Assembly (NCBI GenBank): GCA_900299055.1
Contig: OMII01000059.1
Location: 1 to 46,053, forward strand
DNA length: 46,053 nt
Reading direction: 5' to 3'
Source of the DNA: Pseudomonadota bacterium
Lineage (GTDB): Bacteria; Bdellovibrionota_C; UBA2361; OMII01
Part shown: positions 26,471 to 36,228 of the stretch, one piece after another
How the letters are laid out: each line of letters starts with the position of its first letter
Numbering within the stretch: position 1 is the first letter of the stretch
The notes under the pieces: generated by a model
Seen by the model: the letters and a program-made list of their open reading frames with translations, nothing else
Databases searched by the model: none
Told to the model about the DNA's origin: nothing
Program-made: the position numbers and the translations under genes

Positions 26471-27640
26471 ATGGAGAGAGGTGTTATGGTTGCTATTGCT
26501 CGTGATTCGGCTGTCACTGAACCTGCCTTGGATTCGCTACAGGTGGGCGCTGCTCACCCTTTAGTCTCAGCACGGAAGGCAGAAGTCACTTCAGAGATGC
26601 TGGAATCCGTAAATCGCTGGAATGAGAAATACTCCACGCTAGCAGGATATCGGACTGGCTCAAGCTATGCGCCGGGGCAGATGCAAGAATCTATAGAGGT
26701 GTCGTCGGCCCTGCAACTTCCAGGCATTCTTGCCAGGCTACACGGCCCGGACTCATCTTCGATTCGATTGCAGTTTCCGAAACCCGATTCAAGTGACCCA
26801 CATAACTCAGAGATTAGAGTGGAGCAAGAGAAGCTGCATAAGTTCCTCCAAGAGTCTCACGGCAAGGAGCTGAGCCAGTTACTGCAGGAGGTGGAGGCAC
26901 TCATTGATCAGTCAGTGAGCTTCAAGGTCGACCGCAATGGTACGGTCTTGTCCCATGACTTTAGTGCTAAGCAATGGATTCAGGCGACAGTGGGGGACAA
27001 GCTAGAGCAGATCGCGAAACTCCCGCAAAAGCTCGATGTTTCTGACGTGGTCGAGATTGGCCGACGAAAAATCGACAATGTTAAGGGGGAGCTAGATGTA
27101 GCCCTCAAGGAATCGGTGGAGTCTGGGCGGGGCCTGATCATTACCCTACCTAATAATCCGGCTAAGGTTAACCAGTTGCGGGAGGTGCTACGGCAGATCG
27201 TCGATGCGCGGACCCAGACAGACGGGCTTCAGGCGGAGAAGCTAGCAAGGATAGAAGTGTGGGTGGGTCCGACTAAGAACTCGATTGACTCGGGGCCGGT
27301 CGCCGGAGCGCCGTGCGAAAAGATCAAGAGAATGTCACTCGCTGACTTTTTCGATGACCAAGGCTCGATGTCGCAGGTCTCAAAAAGTGCAAAAAAAGAG
27401 CACTCAACTGTCAGTGAGGATTCGCAGATATTGCCGGTAACAGCACAGGCTGAAGTCGAAGTGTCGAAGGCTACTGTGGTGGACGAACCTGAACCTGTGG
27501 TAGTGGTCGCACAGGGCGTAGTGAGTGCAGAAGCTAATCCGCTCTGTTGGTCTCACCTTGTGCTGCCAGCGAGTGAGCCGCATTGGACTTATACCACGCA
27601 CGGTGGTGTATCGACCGTGGAGTCAGAAAGTAAAACGTAG
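26471..27640 (+). CDS. Hypothetical soluble acidic protein (orphan)
   Basis: 389-aa ORF. The ATG at 26486 has the better RBS (GGAGAGAGG). It has no signal peptide, TM segment or motif that I recognise. Coding is inferred from ORF length and the lack of a competing ORF. Confidence 0.45.
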   Translation: MERGVMVAIARDSAVTEPALDSLQVGAAHPLVSARKAEVTSEMLESVNRWNEKYSTLAGYRTGSSYAPGQMQESIEVSSALQLPGILARLHGPDSSSIRLQFPKPDSSDPHNSEIRVEQEKLHKFLQESHGKELSQLLQEVEALIDQSVSFKVDRNGTVLSHDFSAKQWIQATVGDKLEQIAKLPQKLDVSDVVEIGRRKIDNVKGELDVALKESVESGRGLIITLPNNPAKVNQLREVLRQIVDARTQTDGLQAEKLARIEVWVGPTKNSIDSGPVAGAPCEKIKRMSLADFFDDQGSMSQVSKSAKKEHSTVSEDSQILPVTAQAEVEVSKATVVDEPEPVVVVAQGVVSAEANPLCWSHLVLPASEPHWTYTTHGGVSTVESESKT

Positions 27641-27685
27641 CAGCGGCGTCACTCAGATGTGTGCGGCGCTTTCTCTGGGCTCTTG

Positions 27686-30463
27686 TCACGCGTGTTGTGT
27701 CGCTGAATCTTCGGTTTGACCTGCGCTAGCGAGCGGCGTGCAAGACACTCCTGCATCTCGGGCGCGGTTTCTGATGATCCGATCGAGACACAGTGCTACG
27801 AGACTCGTCCATCCAGTCTGGTGACTCGCGCCGATTCCCTTGCCTGTGTCACCATGGAAGTGTTCGTAGAATAATACCAGGTCTCGCCAGTGGGGGTCGT
27901 CGAGGTATCGAGTGTCTTCTCCATGGCAAGCGCGTCTTCCCGATGCGTCTGGCATGAATAGCGAACTAAGACGACCTGACAGCTCGTCAGCTACCTGTCG
28001 TAGTGTCATCATTGTGCCGGAGCCCGTCGGACATTCAACCTTAAACGCGTCCCCGTAGAACGAGTGGTACCGATCAAGAGCCTCTATAAGAAGAGCGTTT
28101 ATCGGGAACCAAATAGGACCACGCCAGTTTGAGTTCCCGCCGAAGAAGTCTGTGTTTGAGTCTCCAGGGCAGTAATCGATCCCGTAATCTCTATTTTCGA
28201 GAGTTAAGCGGTAGGGAAACTCAGCGTGAATTTTGGAAAGTGACCGTATTCCATGCGGTGAGAGAAACTCATTACTATCGAGGACGTACTTCAAAAGTCG
28301 TGACAGGCGTTCGGTAGAGGGAATCGCCAGAAGCTTCTGTCCGACCGGTGGTGCAGCTGAAGCTGAATGGTTTCGCTGAGCCCATAACTGCTGGGATGAC
28401 GCGAGTTGTTTTGCGAGCTCAGGTTTGTTTGCAATGAACCACTCAAGCCTCTTCTTGAATCCAGGAAGTCGGTTGACGAGGTCGTCCCGGAGTACCTCGA
28501 CTACAAGCATCGGGATAATGCCAACTAGTGACCTAGCTCGCAGTGGAATGTTCTGACTCTCGATCTCGAGTTGATCGTAATAGAAACCATCGAGCTGGTC
28601 CCAGAGACCAGTGCCTCCAAAGTGGTTCATGGCAGCGGAAATAGCTATAAAGTGCTCGAAGAACTTCGAAGCCAAGTCTTCGTACTCCTCCTCTTCGCTC
28701 GCGAGCTCAAGAGCCATAGAAAGCATCGTGGTGCAGTAGAAAGCCATCCATGCGGTAGCATCAGCCTGTTGTAGCGTTCCGCCCTTGGGAAGAGGAGCGC
28801 TGCGATCAAAGACCCCGATATTGTCGAGCCCGAGAAAGCCTCCAGAGAAGAGGTTTTTGCCTTTTGTGTCGGTCCGATTGACCCACCACGTAAAATTAAG
28901 GAGCAACTTTGTGAAGACTCGCTTTAGGAAAGTTCTGTCACGCTGACCTTGCTGAGCGGTGATTTGGTACACCCTCCAGCAAGCCCAGGCATGCACAGGG
29001 GGATTAACATTTGAGAACTCGAATTCGTAAGCTGGAATCTGCCCGTTGGGGTGCATATACCATTCACGGAGTAGGAGAATTAATTGTTCCTTAGTAAAGT
29101 CTGGATCAATATTCGCGAAAGGAATCATATGAAATGCAAGGTCCCATGCTGCGTACCATGGATACTCCCACTTATCTGGTACGGAGATGATGTCGCGATT
29201 GTAGAGGTGGTCCCAGGATTGGTTTTTGAGCTTCTTCCGTGAGGCCGCGGGGACGGGCTGAGTCGGATCTCCTTCAAGCCACTCTCGGACTGAGTAGTAG
29301 TAGAACTGCTTGGTCCAAAGAAGTCCTGCGTAGGATTGTGTGATGATGTTTCGCTCTGCTTCGGTCGCGTTTGGCGGAACTATGGTGCGGTAGAACTCTT
29401 CGCACTCTGCTTTGCGCTGCTCGAATATCTGGTCAAAGTTATTGGCGAACTTCTCTTTCGTTGGCTTAGTGGAATTTTTTAATTGAAATTTGAACTGAAT
29501 GTGCTCCCCCGGGGGAACTACAGCATGGTGCAATATTCCGGCCTTTGTTCCTGTAAGCTTTGAGTTTACGAGTTCATGCTGGTTGTGAATGACGTAGTTG
29601 TGGAAAGCGTCCTTTACATAGGGAGTTGAATTTTCGCCGCCGAATAGCCTCCACCGATTAGATTCGTTCTCGGTAAAGAGCGGAATCGGTGTGTCCCCGG
29701 GGTTGTTCGAGTCGGCCAGAAATACACACGGATCAAGGTTGGGATGAATAAGGAGAAATGTGTCGGGCTTGATAGCAGAGACGCAGGGCTTCGCGGTGTA
29801 TCCTTCACCCGAGCGGCCCCAGCTCCACGTGTTGCGAAACCATACTGTTGGAAGGAGCCAAATGGGAGCGGCCGTAGTAGCACGGTTGTGAACGGTAATC
29901 CGGACCAGTAGATCGTTTGGCCCATTTTTCGCATACTCAAAAAAGACGTCGAAATACTTATTATCATCGAAGATGCCGGTATCAGTTAGCTCGAACTCCG
30001 GCTGGAGGCGATCTCGAACGCGATTTTCATGCACGAGCTGATCATAAGGAAACGCATTGTGCGGATACTTGTAGAGTGCCCGCATATACGAGTGCGTGGG
30101 AGTTGAATCGAGATAGTAGTAGCACTCTTTGACGTCTTCGCCGTGATTTCCCTCTGTGCCAGCTAGGCCGAAGAGACGCTCTTTAAGAATTGAGTCGTTG
30201 CCATTCCAAAGAGCTGCTGAGAAACAGATGCGACACTGACGGTCGGTAATCCCCAGAAGGCCGTCTTCTCCCCAACGATACGTCCGACTGCGCGCCTGGT
30301 CGTGAGTGAAGTATGACCACACGGAGCCGTCTGGGGAGTAGTCCTCTCGCACGGTTCCCCACTGACGCTCTGGCAGATATGGCCCCCAGCGCTTCCAGTT
30401 CTTGGAGCGACGAGAGTCTTCGTGTAATCGGCGCTCCTCGGCGGTCAGGATCTTTTTAGTCAT
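27686..30463 (-). CDS. Large GH63-like (MGH1/glucosidase-type) glycoside hydrolase
   Basis: 925 aa. The N-terminus WKRWGPYLPERQWGTVREDYSPDGSVWSYF...YRWGEDGL and the later WEYPWYAAWDLAFH and NPPVHAWA match the (alpha/alpha)6 glucosidase family as I recall it. Confidence 0.65.
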   Translation of the reverse strand: MTKKILTAEERRLHEDSRRSKNWKRWGPYLPERQWGTVREDYSPDGSVWSYFTHDQARSRTYRWGEDGLLGITDRQCRICFSAALWNGNDSILKERLFGLAGTEGNHGEDVKECYYYLDSTPTHSYMRALYKYPHNAFPYDQLVHENRVRDRLQPEFELTDTGIFDDNKYFDVFFEYAKNGPNDLLVRITVHNRATTAAPIWLLPTVWFRNTWSWGRSGEGYTAKPCVSAIKPDTFLLIHPNLDPCVFLADSNNPGDTPIPLFTENESNRWRLFGGENSTPYVKDAFHNYVIHNQHELVNSKLTGTKAGILHHAVVPPGEHIQFKFQLKNSTKPTKEKFANNFDQIFEQRKAECEEFYRTIVPPNATEAERNIITQSYAGLLWTKQFYYYSVREWLEGDPTQPVPAASRKKLKNQSWDHLYNRDIISVPDKWEYPWYAAWDLAFHMIPFANIDPDFTKEQLILLLREWYMHPNGQIPAYEFEFSNVNPPVHAWACWRVYQITAQQGQRDRTFLKRVFTKLLLNFTWWVNRTDTKGKNLFSGGFLGLDNIGVFDRSAPLPKGGTLQQADATAWMAFYCTTMLSMALELASEEEEYEDLASKFFEHFIAISAAMNHFGGTGLWDQLDGFYYDQLEIESQNIPLRARSLVGIIPMLVVEVLRDDLVNRLPGFKKRLEWFIANKPELAKQLASSQQLWAQRNHSASAAPPVGQKLLAIPSTERLSRLLKYVLDSNEFLSPHGIRSLSKIHAEFPYRLTLENRDYGIDYCPGDSNTDFFGGNSNWRGPIWFPINALLIEALDRYHSFYGDAFKVECPTGSGTMMTLRQVADELSGRLSSLFMPDASGRRACHGEDTRYLDDPHWRDLVLFYEHFHGDTGKGIGASHQTGWTSLVALCLDRIIRNRARDAGVSCTPLASAGQTEDSATQHA

Positions 30464-30714
30464 AGCAGTAGGTTAGATGCGATCTGGCTAAGAAAGGAGG
30501 GGTAAAAAGCTTTTGTTGGGCGGGCAGCACCCCGTCCCTCTTGTTTATACGGGGGGCTGGCCAAGAACGCCAGCAAAATCCACGTGTAACATATTGAAAT
30601 AAGGCGTTGTTCGGCAAAAGCCGTTATGGCAAACCGATAATCTGATACCCTTAAGTAACTGGCCAGACCAGGTAAAACATAACCAGATAAAGTTCGTTTA
30701 GGTGCGGTTTAGGT

Positions 30715-31143
30715 ATGTATCGATCGATTGTGGCTCTGGTGATGTGCGGTGTGATGACGACGAGCTCGGGATGTAGCTCCTTTCACGCGGAGCCGCTCGC
30801 CATCGGCTCGCTTGGTGGCGCTGCGGCCGGCGCAGGAACGGGAGCGATTGTAGGCAGCCTCATCGCAAATGGCGATGTCGCGATGAGCGCGCTCCTCGGT
30901 GGAGCGATCGGTATCCCCGTTGGCCTCGCGATCGGCGCAATCTATGACTATCACAGCGAGCCAACCCAGCGAGAGCGAAATGAAGTGATTATTCAAAAAA
31001 ATCAGGACGAGATATTTAATCGACAGCGGCAGCTTGATGATCTGCGCGAGCAGATTCGAAATGAAGGCCCGCACGGTAATCCAAGTGAGTCTGACCGACA
31101 CTATCATTACAACGGTCCGACGTACGGCAGTTATTATCGATAG
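30715..31143 (+). CDS. Glycine-zipper outer-membrane lipoprotein (SlyB/PCP-like)
   Basis: 142 aa. It has the lipobox TSSGC after a hydrophobic leader, and Gly-zipper runs GSLGGAAAGAGTGAIVGSLIANG and GGAIGIPVGLAIGAIY. Confidence 0.65.
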   Translation: MYRSIVALVMCGVMTTSSGCSSFHAEPLAIGSLGGAAAGAGTGAIVGSLIANGDVAMSALLGGAIGIPVGLAIGAIYDYHSEPTQRERNEVIIQKNQDEIFNRQRQLDDLREQIRNEGPHGNPSESDRHYHYNGPTYGSYYR

Positions 31144-31170
31144 ATTCAGCGTTTTCAGAATCTAGTTTTT
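31141..31170 (+). terminator. Rho-independent terminator of the lipoprotein gene
   Basis: TAGATTC-agcgttttca-GAATCTA forms a 7-bp stem followed by GTTTTT. The stop codon TAG is the first 3 nt of the stem. Confidence 0.6.
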
Positions 31171-31229
31171 CGTGGCACTCTCTTCCGTGAGCGGCTTTAT
31201 GCTCGCTCAAGGCTGATTGAGAGAATAAT

Positions 31230-32366
31230 ATGCCACAGAAAAAGATACGCTCACGCGCCGCGCAGAAACCTTATAAACCAACGATCATAACGCCAGCATC
31301 GCGGACATTCCTAGAAAAATACATAAATAATCCATCACCGACGGGATTCGAAGCCGAAGGGCAAAAGTTGTGGAGTTCGTATGTCAGGCCGTTCGTGGAT
31401 CAGATGGCAGTGGACGCCTACGGATCGGTGTATGGCGTGATCAACCCGAAGGCTCCGTTTAGAGTGGTAATAGAGGCTCACGCAGACGAGATCTCATGGT
31501 TTGTGTCATATATTACCGAGAGCGGCCTAATTCATGTTAAGCGCAATGGTGGTAGCGACCATCAGATAGCGCCCTCGAAGCGCGTAAATATCCACACAAA
31601 AAAGGGGATGGTAAAAGCGGTATTTGGGTGGCCAGCGATCCATACTCGTCGCGATGGTGGTAAGGAAGAGGCTCCTAATCTGAAGAATATCTGCCTCGAT
31701 GTAGGGGCGAAGACCAAAGCAGAAGTTGAATCGCTCGGCATTCATGTTGGGTGCGTAATTACGTACGAAGATGAGTTTATGGTGCTCAACGACCGTTATT
31801 TCGTTGGTCGAGCTCTCGATAATCGAATCGGAGGCTTCATGATTGCTGAGGTTGCGAGACTCTTGAAGATCAACAAGAAGAAGCTCGATTTCGGGCTCTA
31901 TATAGCTAACTGTGTGCAGGAAGAAGTCGGACTTCGAGGTGCCGAGATGCTTGTGCATACAATTCAGCCACACGTAGCTATCGTAACTGACGTATGTCAC
32001 GACACCTCAACACCGATGATCCAGAAAGTAGTGGAGGGGGACACCGCCTGTGGTCGTGGTCCGGTTGTGACGTACGGACCCGCTGTGCACAACAAGTTGC
32101 TTGATTTGATTATTGATACTGCTGATAAGCGAAAGATCCGGTTGCAGCGTGATGCGGCGTCTCGCTCCACAGGAACTGATACAGATGCGTTTGCGTACGC
32201 GAATGGTGGAGTGCCCTCAGCACTTATCTCCTTGCCGCTTCGATATATGCACACGACAGTCGAGATGGCAGAGATATCTGATGTAGAAGCGACGATTACC
32301 TTGATCTACGAGACATTATTGCGCTTGTCTCCAAAGTTTGATTTCAAATACCTTCGCGTCTCGTAG
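31230..32366 (+). CDS. M42 family metallo-aminopeptidase (FrvX/PepA-like)
   Basis: 378 aa. It has VIEAHADEI, GRALDNRIGGFMIAEVARLL, CVQEEVGLRGA and IVTDVCHDT, which is the M42 metal-ligand pattern. Confidence 0.8.
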   Translation: MPQKKIRSRAAQKPYKPTIITPASRTFLEKYINNPSPTGFEAEGQKLWSSYVRPFVDQMAVDAYGSVYGVINPKAPFRVVIEAHADEISWFVSYITESGLIHVKRNGGSDHQIAPSKRVNIHTKKGMVKAVFGWPAIHTRRDGGKEEAPNLKNICLDVGAKTKAEVESLGIHVGCVITYEDEFMVLNDRYFVGRALDNRIGGFMIAEVARLLKINKKKLDFGLYIANCVQEEVGLRGAEMLVHTIQPHVAIVTDVCHDTSTPMIQKVVEGDTACGRGPVVTYGPAVHNKLLDLIIDTADKRKIRLQRDAASRSTGTDTDAFAYANGGVPSALISLPLRYMHTTVEMAEISDVEATITLIYETLLRLSPKFDFKYLRVS

Positions 32367-32377
32367 AGACTTCGAGT

Positions 32378-33007
32378 TTAGAAATCAAATCGGTAAATCT
32401 CATCGATGGGTGCTCCAGGCTCAATTTTGTAAAGGCTCTTCAGTAACCCATCGTCGATGCTGTACGCCCATCCATGCAGGATAGGCCTGCGATCGTCGTG
32501 CCATGCCTTCTGAATAATGTTTGTTTTGAGCAAGTTTTTCACCTGCTGGAGCACATTCATCTCGACCAACTTGTCAGCTTGCGCGTCGATACTCGAGAGA
32601 GCTGAAAGAGTGTCGCTATTAGCTTGATATACGTCCTTTATCTGGCGAAGCCACTCATCGAGAACTCCATATCGATGGCTTGAGAGCGCTGCCTTGATTC
32701 CTCCACATCCGTAATGACCGCATACAATTACGTGTTTTACCTTAAGGTACTCGACCGCGAAGGACAGGACGCTCAGTAGATTGAAATCAGTATGGTTTAC
32801 CAAGTTTGCGATATTTCGGTGAGTGAAGATCTCTCCGGGTTGGGTGCCCGTTATTTCCTCAGCAGGCACGCGACTATCAGAGCATCCGATCCAAAGAAAC
32901 TCGGGCTTTTGTTCCTTGGCGAGCTCTTCAAAAAAATTAGGAGCGAGCGTGAGCCTTTCCTGAACCCATGCTTTGTTTGCCAGTAAAAGTCTTTTGTACG
33001 AGTCCAT
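32378..33007 (-). CDS. can: Beta-class carbonic anhydrase
   Basis: 209 aa. It has WIGCSDSRVP and VCGHYGCGG (zinc ligands Cys/His/Cys). An AAGGAAG RBS precedes the start. Confidence 0.9.
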   Translation of the reverse strand: MDSYKRLLLANKAWVQERLTLAPNFFEELAKEQKPEFLWIGCSDSRVPAEEITGTQPGEIFTHRNIANLVNHTDFNLLSVLSFAVEYLKVKHVIVCGHYGCGGIKAALSSHRYGVLDEWLRQIKDVYQANSDTLSALSSIDAQADKLVEMNVLQQVKNLLKTNIIQKAWHDDRRPILHGWAYSIDDGLLKSLYKIEPGAPIDEIYRFDF

Positions 33008-33586
33008 TACATCTTCCTTTGTTGAATGAGTATTGTGAGCAGATTTGGCATCGAGGAGGGCATATTTCGGAAAGGCTTGGAGAAGTGTTCGTTAGAGGTA
33101 AAATCCGTGTAATGCGCTACTAATTCGTCTCTGCTGGATAGTCTATTGCCACCAACAGGAAGAATGTAAGCGCGATTCGAAATTTTCGCGAGATTTTTAT
33201 TGTATGTTATTCCCTGATGAAAAAAGACTAGTCGTAGCAGTAAAAATAGCCACGCGGTTCGCTAAGTTTGCCGTCGGGAAGATGTGTTGATTCCTTGCTA
33301 TGGACGCGAGCAAGCCGAGAATCTGACAGATGTAAGGCTTGCTTGATAAGGTCAAGAAGTGAGGCGTCTGCAAACACACTGAAGGAAAATAAAACTGGTC
33401 TAAGCTCGTACCTCTCATATGGGGCGATTCTACGAGGCGTACGGCTCTTGGGTCTAAAGTTGGTTCTCTACATTTGCAGCCTCTATACCAAGCGCGCAGA
33501 ACTCTCTCAGCTGTCAGTTGACTTGCTACTGATAATGCAATATCAATAACGCCCAAGGTGTAGAGCCATATATAAATTAGGTATAT

Positions 33587-33985
33587 ATGTCCGGAAATAC
33601 TAGAGATACCAAGCAAAAGCGAGCGATTCTTTCTGCATTTGAGGAGGCTCATCGCCCTCTAACACCCGTGCAGGTCCAAGCGGCGGTATTACGCGAGCTG
33701 CCGAAAGTGAGTCTCGCAACGGTGTATCGAGTCATTAAAACCTTTGTCGAGCAGGGAAGCCTCGTTCCCGTTTCTTTTCCAGGGGCAGCTGATCGTTATG
33801 AGAGTAAGGAGTGCGCAGCGCGCCATCATCATCACTTCTTATGTACGAGCTGCGATCGGGCGTTCGACCTTCCAGGGTGCGGATTGAGGGTTTCGAGTGG
33901 GTTACCGGATGGCTTTGCGATTAGTCGGCATGAAGTAGTTCTGTACGGCTCCTGCGATAGCTGCAAAGGCGCGACAAGCATATGA
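33587..33985 (+). CDS. Fur family metalloregulator (Zur or Fur; type unresolved)
   Basis: 132 aa. It has a winged-helix region KQKRAILSAFEE...SLATVYRVIKTFVEQG, a metal-site segment HHHHFLCTSC and a C-terminal CDSC. Confidence 0.85.
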   Translation: MSGNTRDTKQKRAILSAFEEAHRPLTPVQVQAAVLRELPKVSLATVYRVIKTFVEQGSLVPVSFPGAADRYESKECAARHHHHFLCTSCDRAFDLPGCGLRVSSGLPDGFAISRHEVVLYGSCDSCKGATSI

Positions 33986-36063
33986 ACGGGCACTCTAGCG
34001 GTATAGTCATCCTAGCTAGGCAGGTTGTTCGATGTTTTGGGTGTGCTCTTAGCATCGGTCTTGCGTCATGGGTAGATTGCACTTACGCCGACGAAAATGA
34101 CGTCACGCAGCATTCTGATATTGAGTATCACCTCGATAAGGTGATTGTTGAGTCCTCTCCTTTGCAGGACACGCTTTTTAATTCGACTCAGTCAGTATCC
34201 GTTCTCTCCGGGGCAGACCTCGACGAGCAAGCGAGAAATTCTCTGGGAGATACCCTTGCGCACCAACCAGGTGTGACCTCATCCAGTTTTGGTCCGGGCG
34301 CGGGCAGGCCGATTATTCGTGGCGTAGGAGGAGATAGAGTCCGAATCCTTGAGAATGGCGTCAGCACCCAGGATGTCTCGAGTGTCAGTCCGGATCATCC
34401 TACGACGATCGAGTCTAGCCTCGTAGATAAGATCGAAGTGGTACGTGGCCCCGCAGCGCTGCTGTATGGAACAAGCGCTATCGGAGGAGTCGTAAATACA
34501 TTTGATAAGCGCATCGCCGAGAAGCTTCCCACTAAGCCCGTCAGTGGCACGATGGAGATGCGTGCTGATTCAGTTGATCAGACGCGGTCTGGTGTGTTCG
34601 GTCTCGACGCCCCGGCTGGCCCAATCGTGTTTCATGTCGACGGCTTTAAGCGTCGCTCCGGTGATATCGGGATACCGGGCTTCGCTCGAACTGCGGATCT
34701 ACGGGATTCAGAGCCGCTAGACTATCCTGAGCCAAAAGGGCGTCTGCCTTGGAGTGATACCGATAACAGCAATCTCACACTGGGCTCCTCATATGTCTTC
34801 TCAAAGGGCTTCGTCGGTGCTGCAGTCAGTGAATACGACACGAGATATGGTGTGCCTAATGGTGAGCCTGATGTCAGCATCGATGCTACTCGAAGACGAG
34901 TCGATGTTCGCGCAGGAGTGCGAGACGTAGGAGATGTTATTGAGTCAGTAATTGCACGAGCTGGTCTTGTTTCGTATGACCATACGGAGTACCAGCGAAG
35001 TGACCCTGGCACTCGTTTTAACCAGGATAGTTTTGATAGTCGTCTCGATATCACTCATAAGGAGATCCACTCCCTTCGAGGTACGTGGGGAGTGCAGGTC
35101 CAGGGGGCCACATTTGAGGCGATTGGAGAGGAGGCGTTTCAGCCTCCAACCGATACCGGTATATACTCGGCATTTGGCCTCGAGGAGCTGCTCGTGCGTG
35201 ATGATCTAACGTGGCAGCTTGGAGGCAGGCTTGATTGGAATAACACGTCAACAACTGGGTTTGAGGCTGGAGGGACGGATAATTTCAACGTCGACCAAAC
35301 CACTCTCAGTCAATCAACAGGGGTAGTCTGGGATGTGACCCCAGACTACGCCGCAGCACTCTCAGTGGCGCACACTGAGCGGGCACCTACTGGCCAGGAG
35401 CTCTTTGCTGATGGGCCGCATATTGCGACGGGGGCGTATGAAATAGGAGATCAGAATCTGGGTATTGAGCGCTCTATAGGGACAGATCTTACGTTGCGAA
35501 AAAAAGAGGGAGTAGTTCGAGGATTCATCGGGGGGTTCTTTAATCGGTATTGGAACTATATAAGCCTTAATCCGACTGGAGCAGAGGAAGACAATCTGCC
35601 CGTATATACGTTTCAGGCTGTTAACGCGGACTTTATTGGCTTTGAGTCACAAGTGGCGCTCTTTGTTAGAGATAGAGCTGGAGAGGAGCTGTCGTTTGAT
35701 ATCCAGCCTGATTATGTGTGGGCCAGAGATCGCAATAACGATGAGTATCTCCCTCGTATTCCACCGTTTCGGTTGCAAATCGGTAGCACCTACTACAACA
35801 AAGATATCTGCAGGATTAGGCTCGAGGCGCAGCAGGTTTTTTCACAGAGGAATACCGCGGATTACGAGACCTCGACCGACTCATACACCATGCTCAATCT
35901 CTATGTTACTAAAGAGCTACCGTCGATTATGAGAAATCTTGAGGTCTTTGCCCGGGGAACAAACCTACTCTCAGAGAAGGCGCGGAATCATACATCATTT
36001 ATCAAAGATGTAGCTCCGTTGCCCGGAGCCTCTGCGATGGTCGGGCTACGGATTCGATTTTAG
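33982..36063 (+). CDS. TonB-dependent outer-membrane receptor (metal uptake type)
   Basis: 693 aa. It has the plug motif GAGRPIIRGVGGDRVRILENGV and a C-terminal beta-barrel ending GLRIRF. Its ATG overlaps the fur-family stop (ATGA). Confidence 0.85.
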   Translation: MNGHSSGIVILARQVVRCFGCALSIGLASWVDCTYADENDVTQHSDIEYHLDKVIVESSPLQDTLFNSTQSVSVLSGADLDEQARNSLGDTLAHQPGVTSSSFGPGAGRPIIRGVGGDRVRILENGVSTQDVSSVSPDHPTTIESSLVDKIEVVRGPAALLYGTSAIGGVVNTFDKRIAEKLPTKPVSGTMEMRADSVDQTRSGVFGLDAPAGPIVFHVDGFKRRSGDIGIPGFARTADLRDSEPLDYPEPKGRLPWSDTDNSNLTLGSSYVFSKGFVGAAVSEYDTRYGVPNGEPDVSIDATRRRVDVRAGVRDVGDVIESVIARAGLVSYDHTEYQRSDPGTRFNQDSFDSRLDITHKEIHSLRGTWGVQVQGATFEAIGEEAFQPPTDTGIYSAFGLEELLVRDDLTWQLGGRLDWNNTSTTGFEAGGTDNFNVDQTTLSQSTGVVWDVTPDYAAALSVAHTERAPTGQELFADGPHIATGAYEIGDQNLGIERSIGTDLTLRKKEGVVRGFIGGFFNRYWNYISLNPTGAEEDNLPVYTFQAVNADFIGFESQVALFVRDRAGEELSFDIQPDYVWARDRNNDEYLPRIPPFRLQIGSTYYNKDICRIRLEAQQVFSQRNTADYETSTDSYTMLNLYVTKELPSIMRNLEVFARGTNLLSEKARNHTSFIKDVAPLPGASAMVGLRIRF

Positions 36064-36228
36064 AGTGGTGACGGCACCCGGCTTATAAAAGCACAGCATA
36101 TCTCCGATGAGGAGCTTCAGAGGTGCAGCTTTACGTAGCTAACCTAGGTTATCAAAAGAATTGCGTAGGGAATCTTCTATGACCGAAGGAATCAGTGCCA
36201 GAAGTGCCGGCTCGCGAGAGTCCGGCAC

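Noticed and set aside
33197-33652. Track ORFs of 151 aa (minus strand) and 93 aa (plus strand, 33268-33549) within the can-fur gap.
   Set aside because: They have no RBS and no motifs. The minus-strand ORF crosses the fur-family start codon. The region is treated as non-coding and is reported as an unexplained gap instead.
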